Positions 49,763-64,000 of a DNA stretch of 64,000 nucleotides are shown one piece after another. Under the pieces are notes generated by a model, which saw nothing but the letters and a program-made list of their open reading frames with translations, did not search any database and was not told where the DNA came from. Position 1 is the stretch's first letter, and each line of letters starts with the position of its first letter. This stretch comes from Macrostomum hystrix (Eukaryota > Animalia > Platyhelminthes). The DNA lies in the NCBI GenBank assembly GCA_950097015.1, contig CATNEN010000024.1:3658001-3722000 (forward strand). Direction: 5' to 3'. The translations under genes were made by a program, and so were the position numbers.

Positions 49763-52700
49763 TCATGAGCGGCTCATGGCTTCAATCATTTTCGATATTC
49801 GCTCATCGTTGCGCACAATATTGGCCTTGACTGTGGCGATCAGGTCCAGCTTGTCCCGCTCCGCCTGCTCAAGCTCCGACAGCTGGTGGCGCAGTCCGTT
49901 CAGCGAGGCGTCCGCGGTGCTGCAGGATTGTGTTCAGGAAAGGCTTCAGTTGTTCAGGGAGGGCTTCAGTTGTTCAGGGAGGGCTTCAGTTGTTCAGGGA
50001 GGGCTTCAGTTGTTCAGGGAGGGCTTCAGGTGTTAAGGGAAGGCTTCAGGTGTTCAGGGAGGGCTTCGGTTGCTCAGGAAAGGCTTCAGGTGTTCAGGAA
50101 AAGCTTGAGTTTTATGAACTCTAGTGTTTGGGTTTCATGTGTTCAGTCGTTTAAGAAAGACTTATTTTGCCAGTTTTCATAGTCCGTCACCTCTGTTCCT
50201 GCTTTAGCCGGGCCATGACCTCTTTGGTCTCGGCACGCCACCGCTCCAGCTCCTTGGACATGGACTCCAGATCCTCCTGCACGTAGTCGATGATCTTGCC
50301 CAGCGGGTTGGCCTCTCTGGTCAGCGCCTGCAGCTGCTGCTTTAGCCGGTCGATCTCGCGCGCAGTAGCCGCCTTCTCCCGCTTCCTGTTGGCGTCGGTT
50401 GTGGTCACGACCGTCCGGCCGGCCTCCTTGGCGCCGCCGGCCTCCTTGAACTCCTGCTTGGACTTCAGCATCTCCTTCACCAGGCCGCCATGTTGCTCGT
50501 CGCGGCCCTCTTCGTCGTCATCGTCGCCTAGGCCGCCTCCGCCGCCGCCGTCGCCGAAGCCGCCAGCTAGGAGGGTCGACGGCGCCTCTTCAACGACGAA
50601 TTGGTCATCGTCGGAGTCCTGGTCGCGCTCGATGATGACGCCGCTGACTCGCTTGCCGCTGCCATCGTCCACGACGCTTGTGCCGGCCTTGGACTTGAGC
50701 AGGGGCGCCGGCTTGGCACTGTAAGTCCGGCCTCCGCTGTGTACGCGAATGGCGGGGTTGGTGGTCGGTCGTCGGGGAGAAATGATTCTACCTGAGCTTC
50801 AGACTTCTCAGCCCAAAGTTGTGTGCCTTTGGCAGCCGTCCTCCCTCCCCCTAGTCCACGGACTGAACAGCTGTACCACAGTCTTTGGAAGCAACGCGTA
50901 GTAGCTACGTCTTTGCCAGTGGCTGTACAACTGGCCTAGGTGTAATTTCTATCAATCTACCTTAGGTTTTGTAGGGAATGTTTAGTAGGTTTTTGTAGGG
51001 AATGATTAAGAATGGGGATATTTAGATTTCAGCCTCCGAGAAAGACCATCAATGAATGGTGGAGATAGCTACCGAATGATTTAAAAACACTTTTTGAGGC
51101 AACTCAAGTCGACAATGCTCACCCGCCGGACTCGTCCGTGTCTCCTCTCTGCTTGCGCTGCAGTTCCTCTTCTGTGGAAGGCCAGGAAAATAATATTGAG
51201 AATTGAGGGGACACATTGTATCTAAGCTAAATCATTTGGTGACACTAGAACCACAGCCAGCAAGAGGCAATTCCGCCCATTCCGCTGACTCCTGATCTGT
51301 CCTGACTTTCTCATCGTCAATGTCAGGACAGATCAGGCCAAATTACACGACAAGCCCCCCCCCAAGCCTTCTCTCCGCGGCTGCGTCCCAAATAAATTTG
51401 GCCTCGTCGCGGAATTGAGCTCAGGGACCTTGGTGTGAGAGGCGAACGCGCGAGACCGCTCTGCCACTCACCCCTACCTATTGGATCCTTGTAATTAAGT
51501 ACTAATATGTATCCCCAGTCCACGGACTGAACTGCTGTACACACACAGCCTTTGGAACTAGCTGAGGCTGTTTAACTGGCCAAACAGGACTATTTGTCAT
51601 TTATATATTATCTTTTTGAACAGGAAAAAAGCTTCCTGTTAAATATCTTATACTGAGATAATGAAATACAGATTAGATGGCAAAAGTATTCTCGAACAGA
51701 ATTTTATACAGATGTATTGTCGCTAAATTTAAACTTTTTTTCCTAGGACTGAAACAAAAACAAAGGTAAGTCAACTAGGATATTATGATATGCAGTTTGA
51801 ATAGTTTTACTAGTTATGATCTAAATATAGTAGGGCATATTTAATTATGACACAAAAGTACACAGTAGTTTCGTGTTTAGCATGCCAGGAATTGTTACAA
51901 TTAGGACTAACAGACAGAAATGCTACAAAGAAAATAAACACAAACTGCCGATGGTGTGTTATACAGGAAGTCTAATTTGTTTGTTTAAAACTGTTTAAAA
52001 TTGTTTAAGGTGCATCAAAATTTTCATTTGTTTTTTTGCACACTCAAAATAACCAAGAAAACAAAAATGACGGAACAAAAATATGATCATTTCAGATAAT
52101 TAGACAAAATCCTGCCAGCAGGTAAAGATTTTGTGCGTCAAAAAAGACACTTTGACTCAACCTGCTTCTGCGTTGCTAGGAGCCCGTCGACCTACAAAAA
52201 TTTTTGACATAGTAAAATAGACTTCAGTGTTTTTTTAGACAAAATTGGTTTGCAATTAAACTGTGAAACGAGAAAATGTTTTCTGCGGAGTAAATTTGTT
52301 AATAGCATTTATTAAGGAAAATAAGCAGCAAATTATTTTTATAGCTAAAAATCGAAATCTTTTGATTTTTTGTGATTAAAGCGACCCCATCGAGATTGCT
52401 TGGGTTGGGTGGCGGCAACTTCAAAAGGGAATCAACACCAAATATAGATTCTGTAGGATGGCGGCAACATCAAAAGATATATGGAATTGCGGTTAACTGT
52501 AGACTCTGTGGGACGGCGGCAACATCAAAAGATCTATGGAATTGCGGTCAACTGTAGACTCTGTGGGACGGCGGCAACATCAGAAGATCTATGGAATTGG
52601 GGTTAACTGTAGACTCTGTGGGACGGCGGCAACATCAAAAGATATATGGAATTGCGGTTAACTGTAGACTCTGTGGGACGGCGGCAACATCAAAAGATCT

Positions 52701-55700
52701 ATGGAATTGCGGTCAACTGTAGACTCTGTGGGACGGCGGCAACATCAGAAGATCTATGGAATTGGGGTTAACTGTAGACTCTGTGGGACGGCGGCAACAT
52801 CAAAAGATCTATGGAATTGGGGTTAACTGTAGACTCTGTGGGACGGCGGCAGCATCAAAAGATCTATAGAATTGCGGTCAACTGTAGACTCTGTGGGACG
52901 GCGGCAACATCAAAAGATCTATGGAATTGGGGTTAACTGTAGACTCTGTGGGACGACAGCGATACATAAGAACAAAGGAAAGAATCTGTGAGAATGTGGC
53001 AGCAACAGCAATCACGACAGTCATATAGACAATTCCGAGGAAACAATGGAATGTACTTTTCGCTATCTAAACTTCCTGTTAGTGTATTAATCGAGGAATC
53101 CTTGTGAAAGCAATTTTAATGTGATACCGTTGTCACGTTGTCAAAACAATTTAATCAAACTCATGTAAAGAAGGTAAAGAAGGTACATCATATCTAAGAG
53201 TTTAGAAAGTCAACAGTACTCTCGATGCACTACTATTGGTAATAACGCATCGTGTTAAATTAAATAACAGAAGCCAAAGCTGCGTTATGCTGCGATAATC
53301 ATAATCTAAATCAGTAAAAAACAAAATTATTAATTGATCATCCATGCTTTCCTAGTTGCCATAGCAACAGCACACTCACCGTCGCGCAATCGCCGATTGC
53401 CCTTGGCGCTGGACGGCCGAGGAATTCGGTTCGGACTGCCTTCATCCTCCTTCGAAGCCCTCTGCCCGGAGTCCGTTGCCTCGTTGCTTGAGCCCTGTGG
53501 AAGAAGAGGCAATAGACTGTGATTTTCTGATTAGCGAGTTTTACAGACCGATTGACAGTCAGATCTCCTCGCTTTGACTTTAGTGTGTCGAAAACCTGTA
53601 CAGAAAATAACTTTTTTTCGGTCTAGAATCAGTACAGAATTAAACAATTTCTTGTCTAAAAGCTGTACAGAATTTACCGATTCTCTCTAACAGCTGTACA
53701 GAATTAACACATTCTCTCTCTAACATATGTACAGAATTTACCAATTCTCTCTCTAACATCTGTGCAGAATTAACCAATTCTCTCTAACAGCAGTACAGAA
53801 TTAACCAATTCTCTCTAACATCTCTACAGAATTTACCAATTCTCTCTAACAGCAGTACAGAATTAACCAATTCTCTCTAACATCTCTACAGAATTTACCA
53901 ATTCTCTCTAACAGCAGTACAGAATTAACCAATTCTCTCTCTAACATCTGTACAGAATTAACCAATTCTCTCTCTAACATCTGTACAGAATTAACCAATT
54001 CTCTCTCTAACATCTGTACAGAATTAACCAATTCTCTCTAACATCAGTACAGAATTAACCAATTCTCTCTAACATCAGTACAGAATTAACCAATTCTCTC
54101 TAACATCAGTACAGAATTAACCAATTCTCTCTAACAGCAGTACAGAATTAACCAATTCTCTCTCTAACATCTGTACAGAATTAACCAATTCTCTCTAACA
54201 TCAGTACAGAATTAACCAATTCTCTCTAACATCTGCACAGAATTAACCAATTCTCTCTCTAACATCTGTACAGAATTAACCAATTCTCTCTAACATCAGT
54301 ACAGAATTAACCAATTCTCTCTAACAGCAGTACAGAATTAACCAATTCTCTCTAACAGCAGTACAGAGTTAACCAATTCTCTCTCTAACATCTGTGCAGA
54401 ATTAACCAATTCTCTCTCTAACATCTGTACAGAATTAACCAATTCTCTCTAACATCTGTACAGAATTAACCAATTCTCTCTCTAACATCTGTACAGAATT
54501 TACCAATTCTCTCTAACAGCAGTACAGAATTAACCAATTCTCTCTCTAACATCTGTACAGAATTAACCAATTCTCTCTCTAACATCTGTACAGAATTAAC
54601 CAATTCTCTCTAACATCAGTACAGAATTAACCAATTCTCTCTAACATCAGTACAGAATTAACCAATTCTCTCTAACATCTGTACAGAATTAACCAATTCT
54701 CTCTCTAACATCTGTACAGAATTAACCAATTCTCTCTCTAACATCTGTACAGAATTAACCAATTCTCTCTAACATCAGTACAGAATTAACCAATTCTCTC
54801 TAACATCTGCACAGAATTAACCAATTCTCTCTCTAACATCTGTACAGAATTAACCAATTCTCTCTAACATCAGTACAGAATTAACCAATTCTCTCTAACA
54901 GCAGTACAGAATTAACCAATTCTCTCTAACAGCAGTACAGAGTTAACCAATTCTCTCTCTAACATCTGTGCAGAATTAACCAATTCTCTCTCTAACATCT
55001 GTACAGAATTAACCAATTCTCTCTCTAACATCTGTACAGAATTAACCAATTCTCTCTAACATCAGTACAGAATTAACCAATTCTCTCTAACATCTGTACA
55101 GAATTAACCAATTCTCTCTCTAACATCTGTACAGAATTAACCAATTCTCTCTCTAACATCTGTACAGAATTAACCAATTCTCTCTAACATCAGTACAGAA
55201 TTAACCAATTCTCTCTAACATCTGCACAGAATTAACCAATTCTCTCTCTAACATCTGTACAGAATTAACCAATTCTCTCTAACATCAGTACAGAATTAAC
55301 CAATTCTCTCTAACAGCAGTACAGAATTAACCAATTCTCTCTAACAGCAGTACAGAGTTAACCAATTCTCTCTCTAACATCTGTGCAGAATTAACCAATT
55401 CTCTCTCTAACATCTGTACAGAATTAACCAATTCTCTCTCTAACATCTGTGCAGAATTAACCAATTCTCTCTCTAACATCAGTACAGAATTAACCAATTC
55501 TCTCTCTAACATCTGTACAGAATTAACCAATTCTCTCTAACATCAGTACAGAATTAACCAATTCTCTCTCTAACATCTGTACAGAATTAACCAATTCTCT
55601 CTAACATCAGTACAGAATTAACCAATTCTCTCTAACATCTGCACAGAATTAACCAATTCTCTCTCTAACATCTGTACAGAATTAACCAATTCTCTCTAAC

Positions 55701-58700
55701 ATCAGTACAGAATTAACCAATTCTCTCTAACAGCAGTACAGAATTAACCAATTCTCTCTAACAGCAGTACAGAGTTAACCAATTCTCTCTCTAACATCTG
55801 TGCAGAATTAACCAATTCTCTCTCTAACATCTGTACAGAATTAACCAATTCTCTCTCTAACATCTGTACAGAATAAACCAATTCTCTCTCTAACATCAGT
55901 ACAGAATTAACCAATTCTCTCTAACATCTGCACAGAATTAACCAATTCTCTCTCTAACATCTGTACAGAATTAACCAATTCTCTCTAACATCAGTACAGA
56001 ATTAACCAATTCTCTCTAACATCTGTACAGAATTAACCAATTCTCTCTCTAACATCTGTAAGAATTAACCAATTCTCTCTCTAACATCTGTACAGAATTA
56101 ACCAATTCTCTCTCTAACATCTGTACAGAATTAACCAATTCTCTCTAACAGCAGAACAGAATTAACCAATTCTCTCTAACAGCAGTACAGAGTTAACCAA
56201 TTCTCTCTCTAACATCTGTGCAGAATTAACCAATTCTCTCTCTAACATCTGTACAGAATTAACCAATTCTCTCTCTAACATCTGTACAGAATTAACCAAT
56301 TCTCTCTAACATCAGTACAGAATTAACCAATTCTCTCTAACATCAGTACAGAATTAACCAATTCTCTCTAACATCTGTACAGAATTAACCAATTCTCTCT
56401 CTAACATCTGTAAGAATTAACCAATTCTCTCTCTAACATCTGTACAGAATTAACCAATTCTCTCTAACATCAGTACAGAATTAACCAATTCTCTCTAACA
56501 TCAGTACAGAATTAACCAATTCTCTCTAACATCAGTACAGAATTAACCAATTCTCTCTCTAACATCTGTACAGAATTAACCAATTCTCTCTAACATCAGT
56601 ACAGAATTAACCAATTCTCTCTCTAACATCTGTACAGAATTAACCAATTCTCTCTAACATCTGCACAGAATTAACCAATTCTCTCTCTAACATCTGTACA
56701 GAATTAACCAATTCTCTCTAACATCAGTACAGAATTAACCAATTCTCTCTAACAGCAGTACAGAGTTAACCAATTCTCTCTCTAACATCTGTACAGAATT
56801 AACCAATTCTCTCTCTAACATCTGTACAGAATTAACCAATTCTCTCTAACATCTGTACAGAATTAACCAATTCTCTCTCTAACATCTGTACAGAATTAAC
56901 CAATTCTCTCTCTAACATCTGTACAGAATAAACCAATTCTCTCTCTAACATCAGTACAGAATTAACCAATTCTCTCTAACATCTGCACAGAATTAACCAA
57001 TTCTCTCTCTAACATCTGTACAGAATTAACCAATTCTCTCTAACATCAGTACAGAATTAACCAATTCTCTCTAACATCTGTACAGAATTAACCAATTCTC
57101 TCTCTAACATCTGTAAGAATTAACCAATTCTCTCTCTAACATCTGTACAGAATTAACCAATTCTCTCTCTAACATCTGTACAGAATTAACCAATTCTCTC
57201 TAACAGCAGAACAGAATTAACCAATTCTCTCTAACAGCAGTACAGAGTTAACCAATTCTCTCTCTAACATCTGTGCAGAATTAACCAATTCTCTCTCTAA
57301 CATCTGTACAGAATTAACCAATTCTCTCTCTAACATCTGTACAGAATTAACCAATTCTCTCTAACATCAGTACAGAATTAACCAATTCTCTCTAACATCA
57401 GTACAGAATTAACCAATTCTCTCTAACATCTGTACAGAATTAACCAATTCTCTCTCTAACATCTGTAAGAATTAACCAATTCTCTCTCTAACATCTGTAC
57501 AGAATTAACCAATTCTCTCTAACATCAGTACAGAATTAACCAATTCTCTCTAACATCAGTACAGAATTAACCAATTCTCTCTAACATCAGTACAGAATTA
57601 ACCAATTCTCTCTCTAACATCTGTACAGAATTAACCAATTCTCTCTAACATCAGTACAGAATTAACCAATTCTCTCTCTAACATCTGTACAGAATTAACC
57701 AATTCTCTCTAACATCTGCACAGAATTAACCAATTCTCTCTCTAACATCTGTACAGAATTAACCAATTCTCTCTAACATCAGTACAGAATTAACCAATTC
57801 TCTCTAACAGCAGTACAGAATTAACCAATTCTCTCTAACAGCAGTACAGAGTTAACCAATTCTCTCTCTAACATCTGTGCAGAATTAACCAATTCTCTCT
57901 CTAACATCTGTACAGAATTAACCAATTCTCTCTAACATCAGTACAGAATTAACCAATTCTCTCTCTAACATCTGTACAGAATTAACCAATTCTCTCTAAC
58001 ATCAGTACAGAATTAACCAATTCTCTCTAACATCTGCACAGAATTAACCAATTCTCTCTCTAACATCTGTACAGAATTAACCAATTCTCTCTAACATCAG
58101 TACAGAATTAACCAATTCTCTCTAACAGCATGTACAGAATTAACCAATTCTCTCTAACAGCAGTACAGAGTTAACCAATTCTCTCTCTAACATCTGTGCA
58201 GAATTAACCAATTCTCTCTCTAACATCTGTACAGAATTAACCAATTCTCTCTCTAACATCTGTACAGAATTAAACCAATTCTCTCTCTAACATCATGTAC
58301 AGAATTAACCAATTCTCTCTAACATCTGCACAGAATTAACCAATTCTCTCTCTAACATCTGTACAGAATTAACCAATTCTCTCTAACATCAGTACAGAAT
58401 TAACCAATTCTCTCTAACATCTGTACAGAATTAACCAATTCTCTCTAACATCTGTACAGAATTAACCAATTCTCTCTAACATCTGTACAGAATTAACCAA
58501 TTCTCTCTAACATCTGTACAGAATTAACCAATTCTCTCTCTAACATCTGTAAGAATTAACCAATTCTCTCTCTAACATCTGTACAGAATTAACCAATTCT
58601 CTCTCTAACATCTGTACAGAATTAACCAATTCTCTCTAACAGCAGAACAGAATTAACCAATTCTCTCTAACAGCAGTACAGAGTTAACCAATTCTCTCTC

Positions 58701-61700
58701 TAACATCTGTGCAGAATTAACCAATTCTCTCTCTAACATCTGTACAGAATTAACCAATTCTCTCTCTAACATCTGTACAGAATTAACCAATTCTCTCTAA
58801 CATCAGTACAGAATTAACCAATTCTCTCTAACATCAGTACAGAATTAACCAATTCTCTCTAACATCTGTACAGAATTAACCAATTCTCTCTCTAACATCT
58901 GTAAGAATTAACCAATTCTCTCTCTAACATCTGTACAGAATTAACCAATTCTCTCTAACATCAGTACAGAATTAACCAATTCTCTCTAACATCAGTACAG
59001 AATTAACCAATTCTCTCTAACAGCAGTACAGAATTAACCAATTCTCTCTCTAACATCAGTACAGAATTAACCAATTCTCTCTCTAACATCTGTACAGAAT
59101 TAACCAATTCTCTCTAACATCAGTACAGAATTAACCAATTCTCTCTCTAACATCTGTACAGAATTAACCAATTCTCTCTAACATCTGCACAGAATTAACC
59201 AATTCTCTCTCTAACATCTGTACAGAATTAACCAATTCTCTCTAACATCAGTACAGAATTAACCAATTCTCTCTAACAGCAGTACAGAGTTAACCAATTC
59301 TCTCTCTAACATCTGTGCAGAATTAACCAATTCTCTCTCTAACATCTGTACAGAATTAACCAATTCTCTCTCTAACATCTGTACAGAATTAACCAATTCT
59401 CTCTCTAACATCTGTACAGAATTAACCAATTCTCTCTCTAACATCTGTACAGAATTAACCAATTCTCTCTCTAACATCTGTACAGAATTAACCAATTCTC
59501 TCTCTAACATCTGTACAGAATTAACCAATTCTCTCTCTAACATCTGTACAGAATTAACCAATTCTCTCTCTAACATCTGTACAGAATTAACCAATTCTCT
59601 CTCTAACATCTGTACAGAATTAACCAATTCTCTCTAACATCTGTACAGAATTAACCAATTCTCTCTCTAACATCTGTACAGAATTAACCAATTCTCTCTC
59701 TAACATCTGTACAGAATTAAACCAATTCTCTCTCTAACATCTGTACAGAATTAACCAATTCTCTCTAACATCTGCACAGAATTAACCAATTCTCTCTCTA
59801 ACATCTGTACAGAATTAACCAATTCTCTCTTAACATCTGTACAGAATTAACCAATTCTCTCTCTAACATCTGTACAGAATTAACCAATTCTCTCTCTAAC
59901 ATCTGTACAGAATTAACCAATTCTCTCTCTAACATCTGTACAGAATTAACCAATTCTCTCTCTAACATCTGTACAGAATTAACCAATTCTCTCTCTAACA
60001 TCTGTACAGAATTAACCAATTCTCTCTCTAACATCTGTACAGAATTAACCAATTCTCTCTCTAACATCTGTACAGAATTAACCAATTCTCTCTCTAACAT
60101 CTGTACAGAATTAACCAATTCTCTCTCTAACATCTGTACAGAATTAACCAATTCTCTCTCTAACATCTGTACAGAATTAACCAATTCTCTCTCTAACATC
60201 TGTACAGAATTAACCAATTCTCTCTCTAACATCTGTACAGAATTAACCAATTCTCTCTAACATCTGCACAGAATTAACCAATTCTCTCTCTAACATCTGT
60301 ACAGAATTAACCAATTCTCTCTTTAACATCTGTACAGAATTAACCAATTCTCTCTCTAACATCTGTACAGAATTAACCAATTCTCTCTCTAACATCTGTA
60401 CAGAATTAACCAATTCTCTCTCTAACATCTGTACAGAATTAACCAATTCTCTCTCTAACATCTGTACAGAATTAACCAATTCTCTCTCTAACATCTGTAC
60501 AGAATTAACCAATTCTCTCTCTAACATCTGTACAGAATTAACCAATTCTCTCTCTAACATCTGTACAGAATTAACCAATTCTCTCTCTAACATCTGTACA
60601 GAATTAACCAATTCTCTCTCTAACATCTGTACAGAATTAACCAATTCTCTCTCTAACATCTGTACAGAATTAACCAATTCTCTCTCTAACATCTGTACAG
60701 AATTAACCAATTCTCTCTCTAACATCTGTACAGAATTAACCAATTCTCTCTCTAACATCTGTACAGAATTAACCAATTCTCTCTCTAACATCTGTACAGA
60801 ATTAACCAATTCTCTCTCTAACATCTGTACAGAATTAACCAATTCTCTCTCTAACATCTGTACAGAATTAACCAATTCTCTCTCTAACATCTGTACAGAA
60901 TTAACCAATTCTCTCTCTAACATCTGTACAGAATTAACCAATTCTCTCTCTAACATCTGCTACAGAATTAACCAATTCTCTCTCTAACATCTGTACAGAA
61001 TTAACCAATTCTCTCTCTAACATCTGTACAGAATTAACCAATTCTCTCTCTAACATCTGTACAGAATTAACCAATTCTCTCTCTAACATCTGTACAGAAT
61101 TAACCAATTCTCTCTCTAACATCTGTACAGAATTAACCAATTCTCTCTCTAACATCTGTACAGAATTAACCAATTCTCTCTCTAACATCTGTACAGAATT
61201 AACCAATTCTCTCTCTAACATCTGTACAGAATTAACCAATTCTCTCTCTAACATCTGTACAGAATTAACCAATTCTCTCTCTAACATCTGTACAGAATTA
61301 ACCAATTCTCTCTCTAACATCTGTACAGAATTAACCAATTCTCTCTCTAACATCTGTACAGAATAAACAATTCTCTCTCTAACATCTGTACAGAATTAAC
61401 TAATTCTCTCTCTAACATCTGTACAGAATTAACCAATTCTCTCTCTAACATCTGTACAGAATTAACCAATTCTCTCTTTAACATCTGTACAGAATTAACC
61501 AATTCTCTCTCTAACATCTGTACAGAATTAACCAATTCTCTCTCTAACATCTGTACAGAATTAACCAATTCTCTCTCTAACATCTGTACAGAATTAACCA
61601 ATTCTTTTTATACAAAAATGCTATTGATTGAAATACATTATTTGTTTTGTCGAGAATTGAGGAAATCTAAAAAAAGAAAAATTAGTAAATAGTTTTTTGG

Positions 61701-64000
61701 TGGCGATCACGCCTAACAAACGATTAAACAATATTTTCACAACAATGAGATTGGTTATCTATTGAAGGCATGCACTATAAAGACAATTATTGCTTTTTTC
61801 ATTCAATGCACACATGCAAGTTTTGATTGTATCAAACTAAATATAATTTATTTCATTGTATAGTTTTATACTACTTGAAGTAGGGAAAGTTGCACGATGG
61901 ATCGAGAAACAAGAGTTTTATTTTTTTAAACTAAGAAAAGTTCTGGCGTCCTTCCTACTTTAGTAGTCTAACGGTTGATAGTAAGAAGCTAGAAATGAAG
62001 TAAACAGGAAGATCAGTATGATAATAAGCATTATCTGCGTTCTATTGGCATTTTACCGGAGCTGCGGAACCCCGACGAGAGCCAGTCTGGGATGTGGCGC
62101 CGCCCATCTGGATGTCATCATCGTCGTTGTCATGGCTACCCGGCTGATACGAAGGTAATCGTTATAGTTGGCGGAACTTTAGTTATCTTATCTTATCTTA
62201 TCTTTAGTCACTTATCTCAGAATGGAATTGGGCTTTTTTACCATTTAATATCGATCCTTAACACCTAAACCAATAAACTATGTCTGTTCAGACGAATAAA
62301 ATCTCCGCATTTTGCATTCACAACATTTACGACCTTGAGGGTCAACCTCTAAGGCACAGTGAGAGTGTACACCGCCTGACGATGAGAAAAAGTCAGGGCA
62401 GATTGATGTACACACCTGTGTGAGCGTGTGCCTACGTACAGTATCGGTGTGAGTGTGTGCTCAGGAGTCAGCGAAATGGGCAGAATTGCCTCCTCTTGCA
62501 GAAGTGTCACCAAATGATTTGTGAGTGACCACAACCCTCCTGCAAATAATAATTATTATTACTAACTATTGCTAATATCATTAAATTGTTTCTAAATAAT
62601 CAGAATCTGTGTAAAGTAGCTCGTAAATCAATTTAGCCATAGTTTTCTGTGCCTATCGAAAGCAATTGTCATGCAACAATCAAATTATCGCCATCAAATT
62701 ATCAACAATTACAGGGAAATATGTGAGAGGTGACAAATTGGTACTCGTAAATTTCATCTGTAAGCTTATAGCCTGAGTGACAGTGCAAAGCGATGCAGCA
62801 AGCTGACAAACATATTTGGACACGACACGCCTCCTCTTGATGTCTATCTACTGTGCTAGACTATGAATGGTTACCTTAGCAACCGAGGCGGCGGGCGCCG
62901 CCACCGGTGCCTCTTTGCCTGCCCTTCCCGGCGGTCTGTCAGCAGTTGGCTTTGGCTTGTCACGCTGCTTTTAAAGATTATTAACGAAGTGGGAAATTTC
63001 TAAGGGTTGTATTGTGAAGCAAGATTTGTCAGAAAGGAAGCTAACCTGAGCATCGGAGGTGCGCGACTTTTTATCGTCTCCTCGAACTCGGGTTCGCTCT
63101 TTGTCGCCGTCTTTGTCACTGCGGCCTCTGTCTTTTTCTTTTCCTCTGCTTTCCCGGTCTTTGTCCTTCTCCTTCTCCCTCTCTCGGTCTTTGTCCCTGT
63201 CCTTCTCTCTGTCTTTGCCCCTCTCTTTCTCTCCTTCGCGTTCTTTTTCTTTCTCTCTTTCCCGGTCTTTGTCCTTCTCATTCTCCCGGTCTTTGTCTCT
63301 CTCCTTTTCTCGATCTCTACTTTTTTCTTTGCCGCCTTCGTCCCGGTCACGCTTTTTATCCCGGCTGCCGTCGTCTTCCCGACGCCGCTCCTTTGAGCTG
63401 TGCTCGCGCTCGTCCTTCCGGCGCTCCTTGCTGTCCTCGCGCGGCTGCTTCTTGGAGCCACCGGCCGACGCCGCCGCCGGGCCCTCGCCATTGAGGACGC
63501 GTTTAACGAATTCGGCATTGTTAACCTGATGAAATATTGGAAAAAAAGAAGCGATAAAAATGCACATTGCTACTCACAGTAGGCTCATTCGCGTGCTTTC
63601 TTGTGTCCAAGAAGCACAAGGGGCTAATTCACCCGAGACTACGAGGTGAATTCGTAAATTCTAGAGCAGGGAGAATTTTTTGTTGCGCACCTTCTGAATC
63701 AAGAATTGAGTCGCCACCTATACAAAACTTCGAGATCCTTATCCTTTTAACTAAATCCCACCTTTTTGCCGAGTGCAGCGGCCAGATCTTGCAGAAATAG
63801 GTTGGTCTTGTCGGCCTCTTTGCCGGCAACAATTGCGGAGGGCTTGACTGCCACCTCTTTGCCATTAACCAGGCCTGGATTGCATTACGAGAGGGCAGGT
63901 GTTTTTTATGATTCTGTGGCAGAAATCAATGCACTATAATCGAGACTTTGGCGTTATCAAAGCTTACCAACCAGACGAATCACCTTGTCCAGGTAGGCGA
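49763..64000 (-). CDS. TRAF3IP1: Intraflagellar transport protein 54 (TRAF3IP1/MIP-T3), 5' end beyond the window
   Basis: Minus-strand exons >64000-63968, 63874-63762, 63525-63046, 62967-62875, 62143-62057, 53494-53380, 51171-51123, 50718-50191 (acceptor could lie further upstream) and 49919-49763, all phase-consistent. CH-domain end (AVKPSAIVAGKEADKTNLFLQ...VKRVL), charged R/K/E/D region, DDDQFVVE, HGGLVK, NPLGKIIDYVQED and a C-terminal coiled coil (VKANIVRNDERI). Confidence 0.92.
49925..50105. repeat. 20-bp minisatellite in the last IFT54 intron
   Basis: Tandem GGGCTTCAGTTGTTCAGGGA units. Confidence 0.88.
51402..51472 (-). mobile_element. tRNA(Val)-like SINE head in an IFT54 intron
   Basis: A box TGGCAGAGCGG (51456-51466), GTTCGCCTCTCACACCAAGGTCCC resembling the tRNA-Val anticodon arm, and a degenerate B box AGCTCAATTCC. 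Confidence 0.5.
52385..52955. repeat. 55-bp minisatellite in an IFT54 intron
   Basis: CTGTGGGACGGCGGCAACATC... recurs at 52506, 52561 and onward. About 10 units. Confidence 0.92.
53640..61605. repeat. ~8-kb 31/33-bp satellite filling IFT54 intron 53495-62056
   Basis: Roughly 245 units of AACATCTGTACAGAATTAACCAATTCTCTCT(CT). Explains all the ERELVNSVQML ORFs. Confidence 0.97.

Noticed and set aside
59259-61601. ERELVNSVQML repeat ORFs
   Set aside because: The 33-bp satellite unit is a multiple of three, and the frames break wherever 31-bp units occur.
62370-62400. CTGACGA...GAAA as a hammerhead ribozyme core
   Set aside because: No GAAAC/GUH helix III. It is only a short CCTGAC/GTCAGG hairpin.

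Overview
AT-rich animal genomic DNA with GC-richer exons and many minisatellites. The style suggests a free-living flatworm such as Macrostomum, but this is inference only. Conserved spliced genes: TSNAX/TRAX (-, runs off the left edge), DHX15/PRP43 (+, 8 exons, 781 aa), GGCT (-, single exon), a Vax homeobox gene (+, 3 exons) and IFT54/TRAF3IP1 (-, starts beyond the right edge). Three small spliced genes are absent or broken in the ORF track: an 85-aa Cys-rich cationic prepropeptide resembling a defensin or mytilin (23025-24297), a 99-aa neuropeptide-like prohormone (43480-44228) and a small single-TM ORF (39500-39906). A full-length 5.2-kb CACTG-ended EnSpm/CMC transposon with a TA target-site duplication lies antisense in DHX15 intron 1; its transposase is decayed but ORF2 is intact. 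Also present are MITEs, two foldback-like inverted structures, a Crypton/DUF3504 remnant, tRNA-derived SINE-like heads and about 25 tandem arrays. Most larger introns carry their own unrelated minisatellite, including an ~8-kb satellite in an IFT54 intron. All calls come from reading the sequence by eye, without database searches.
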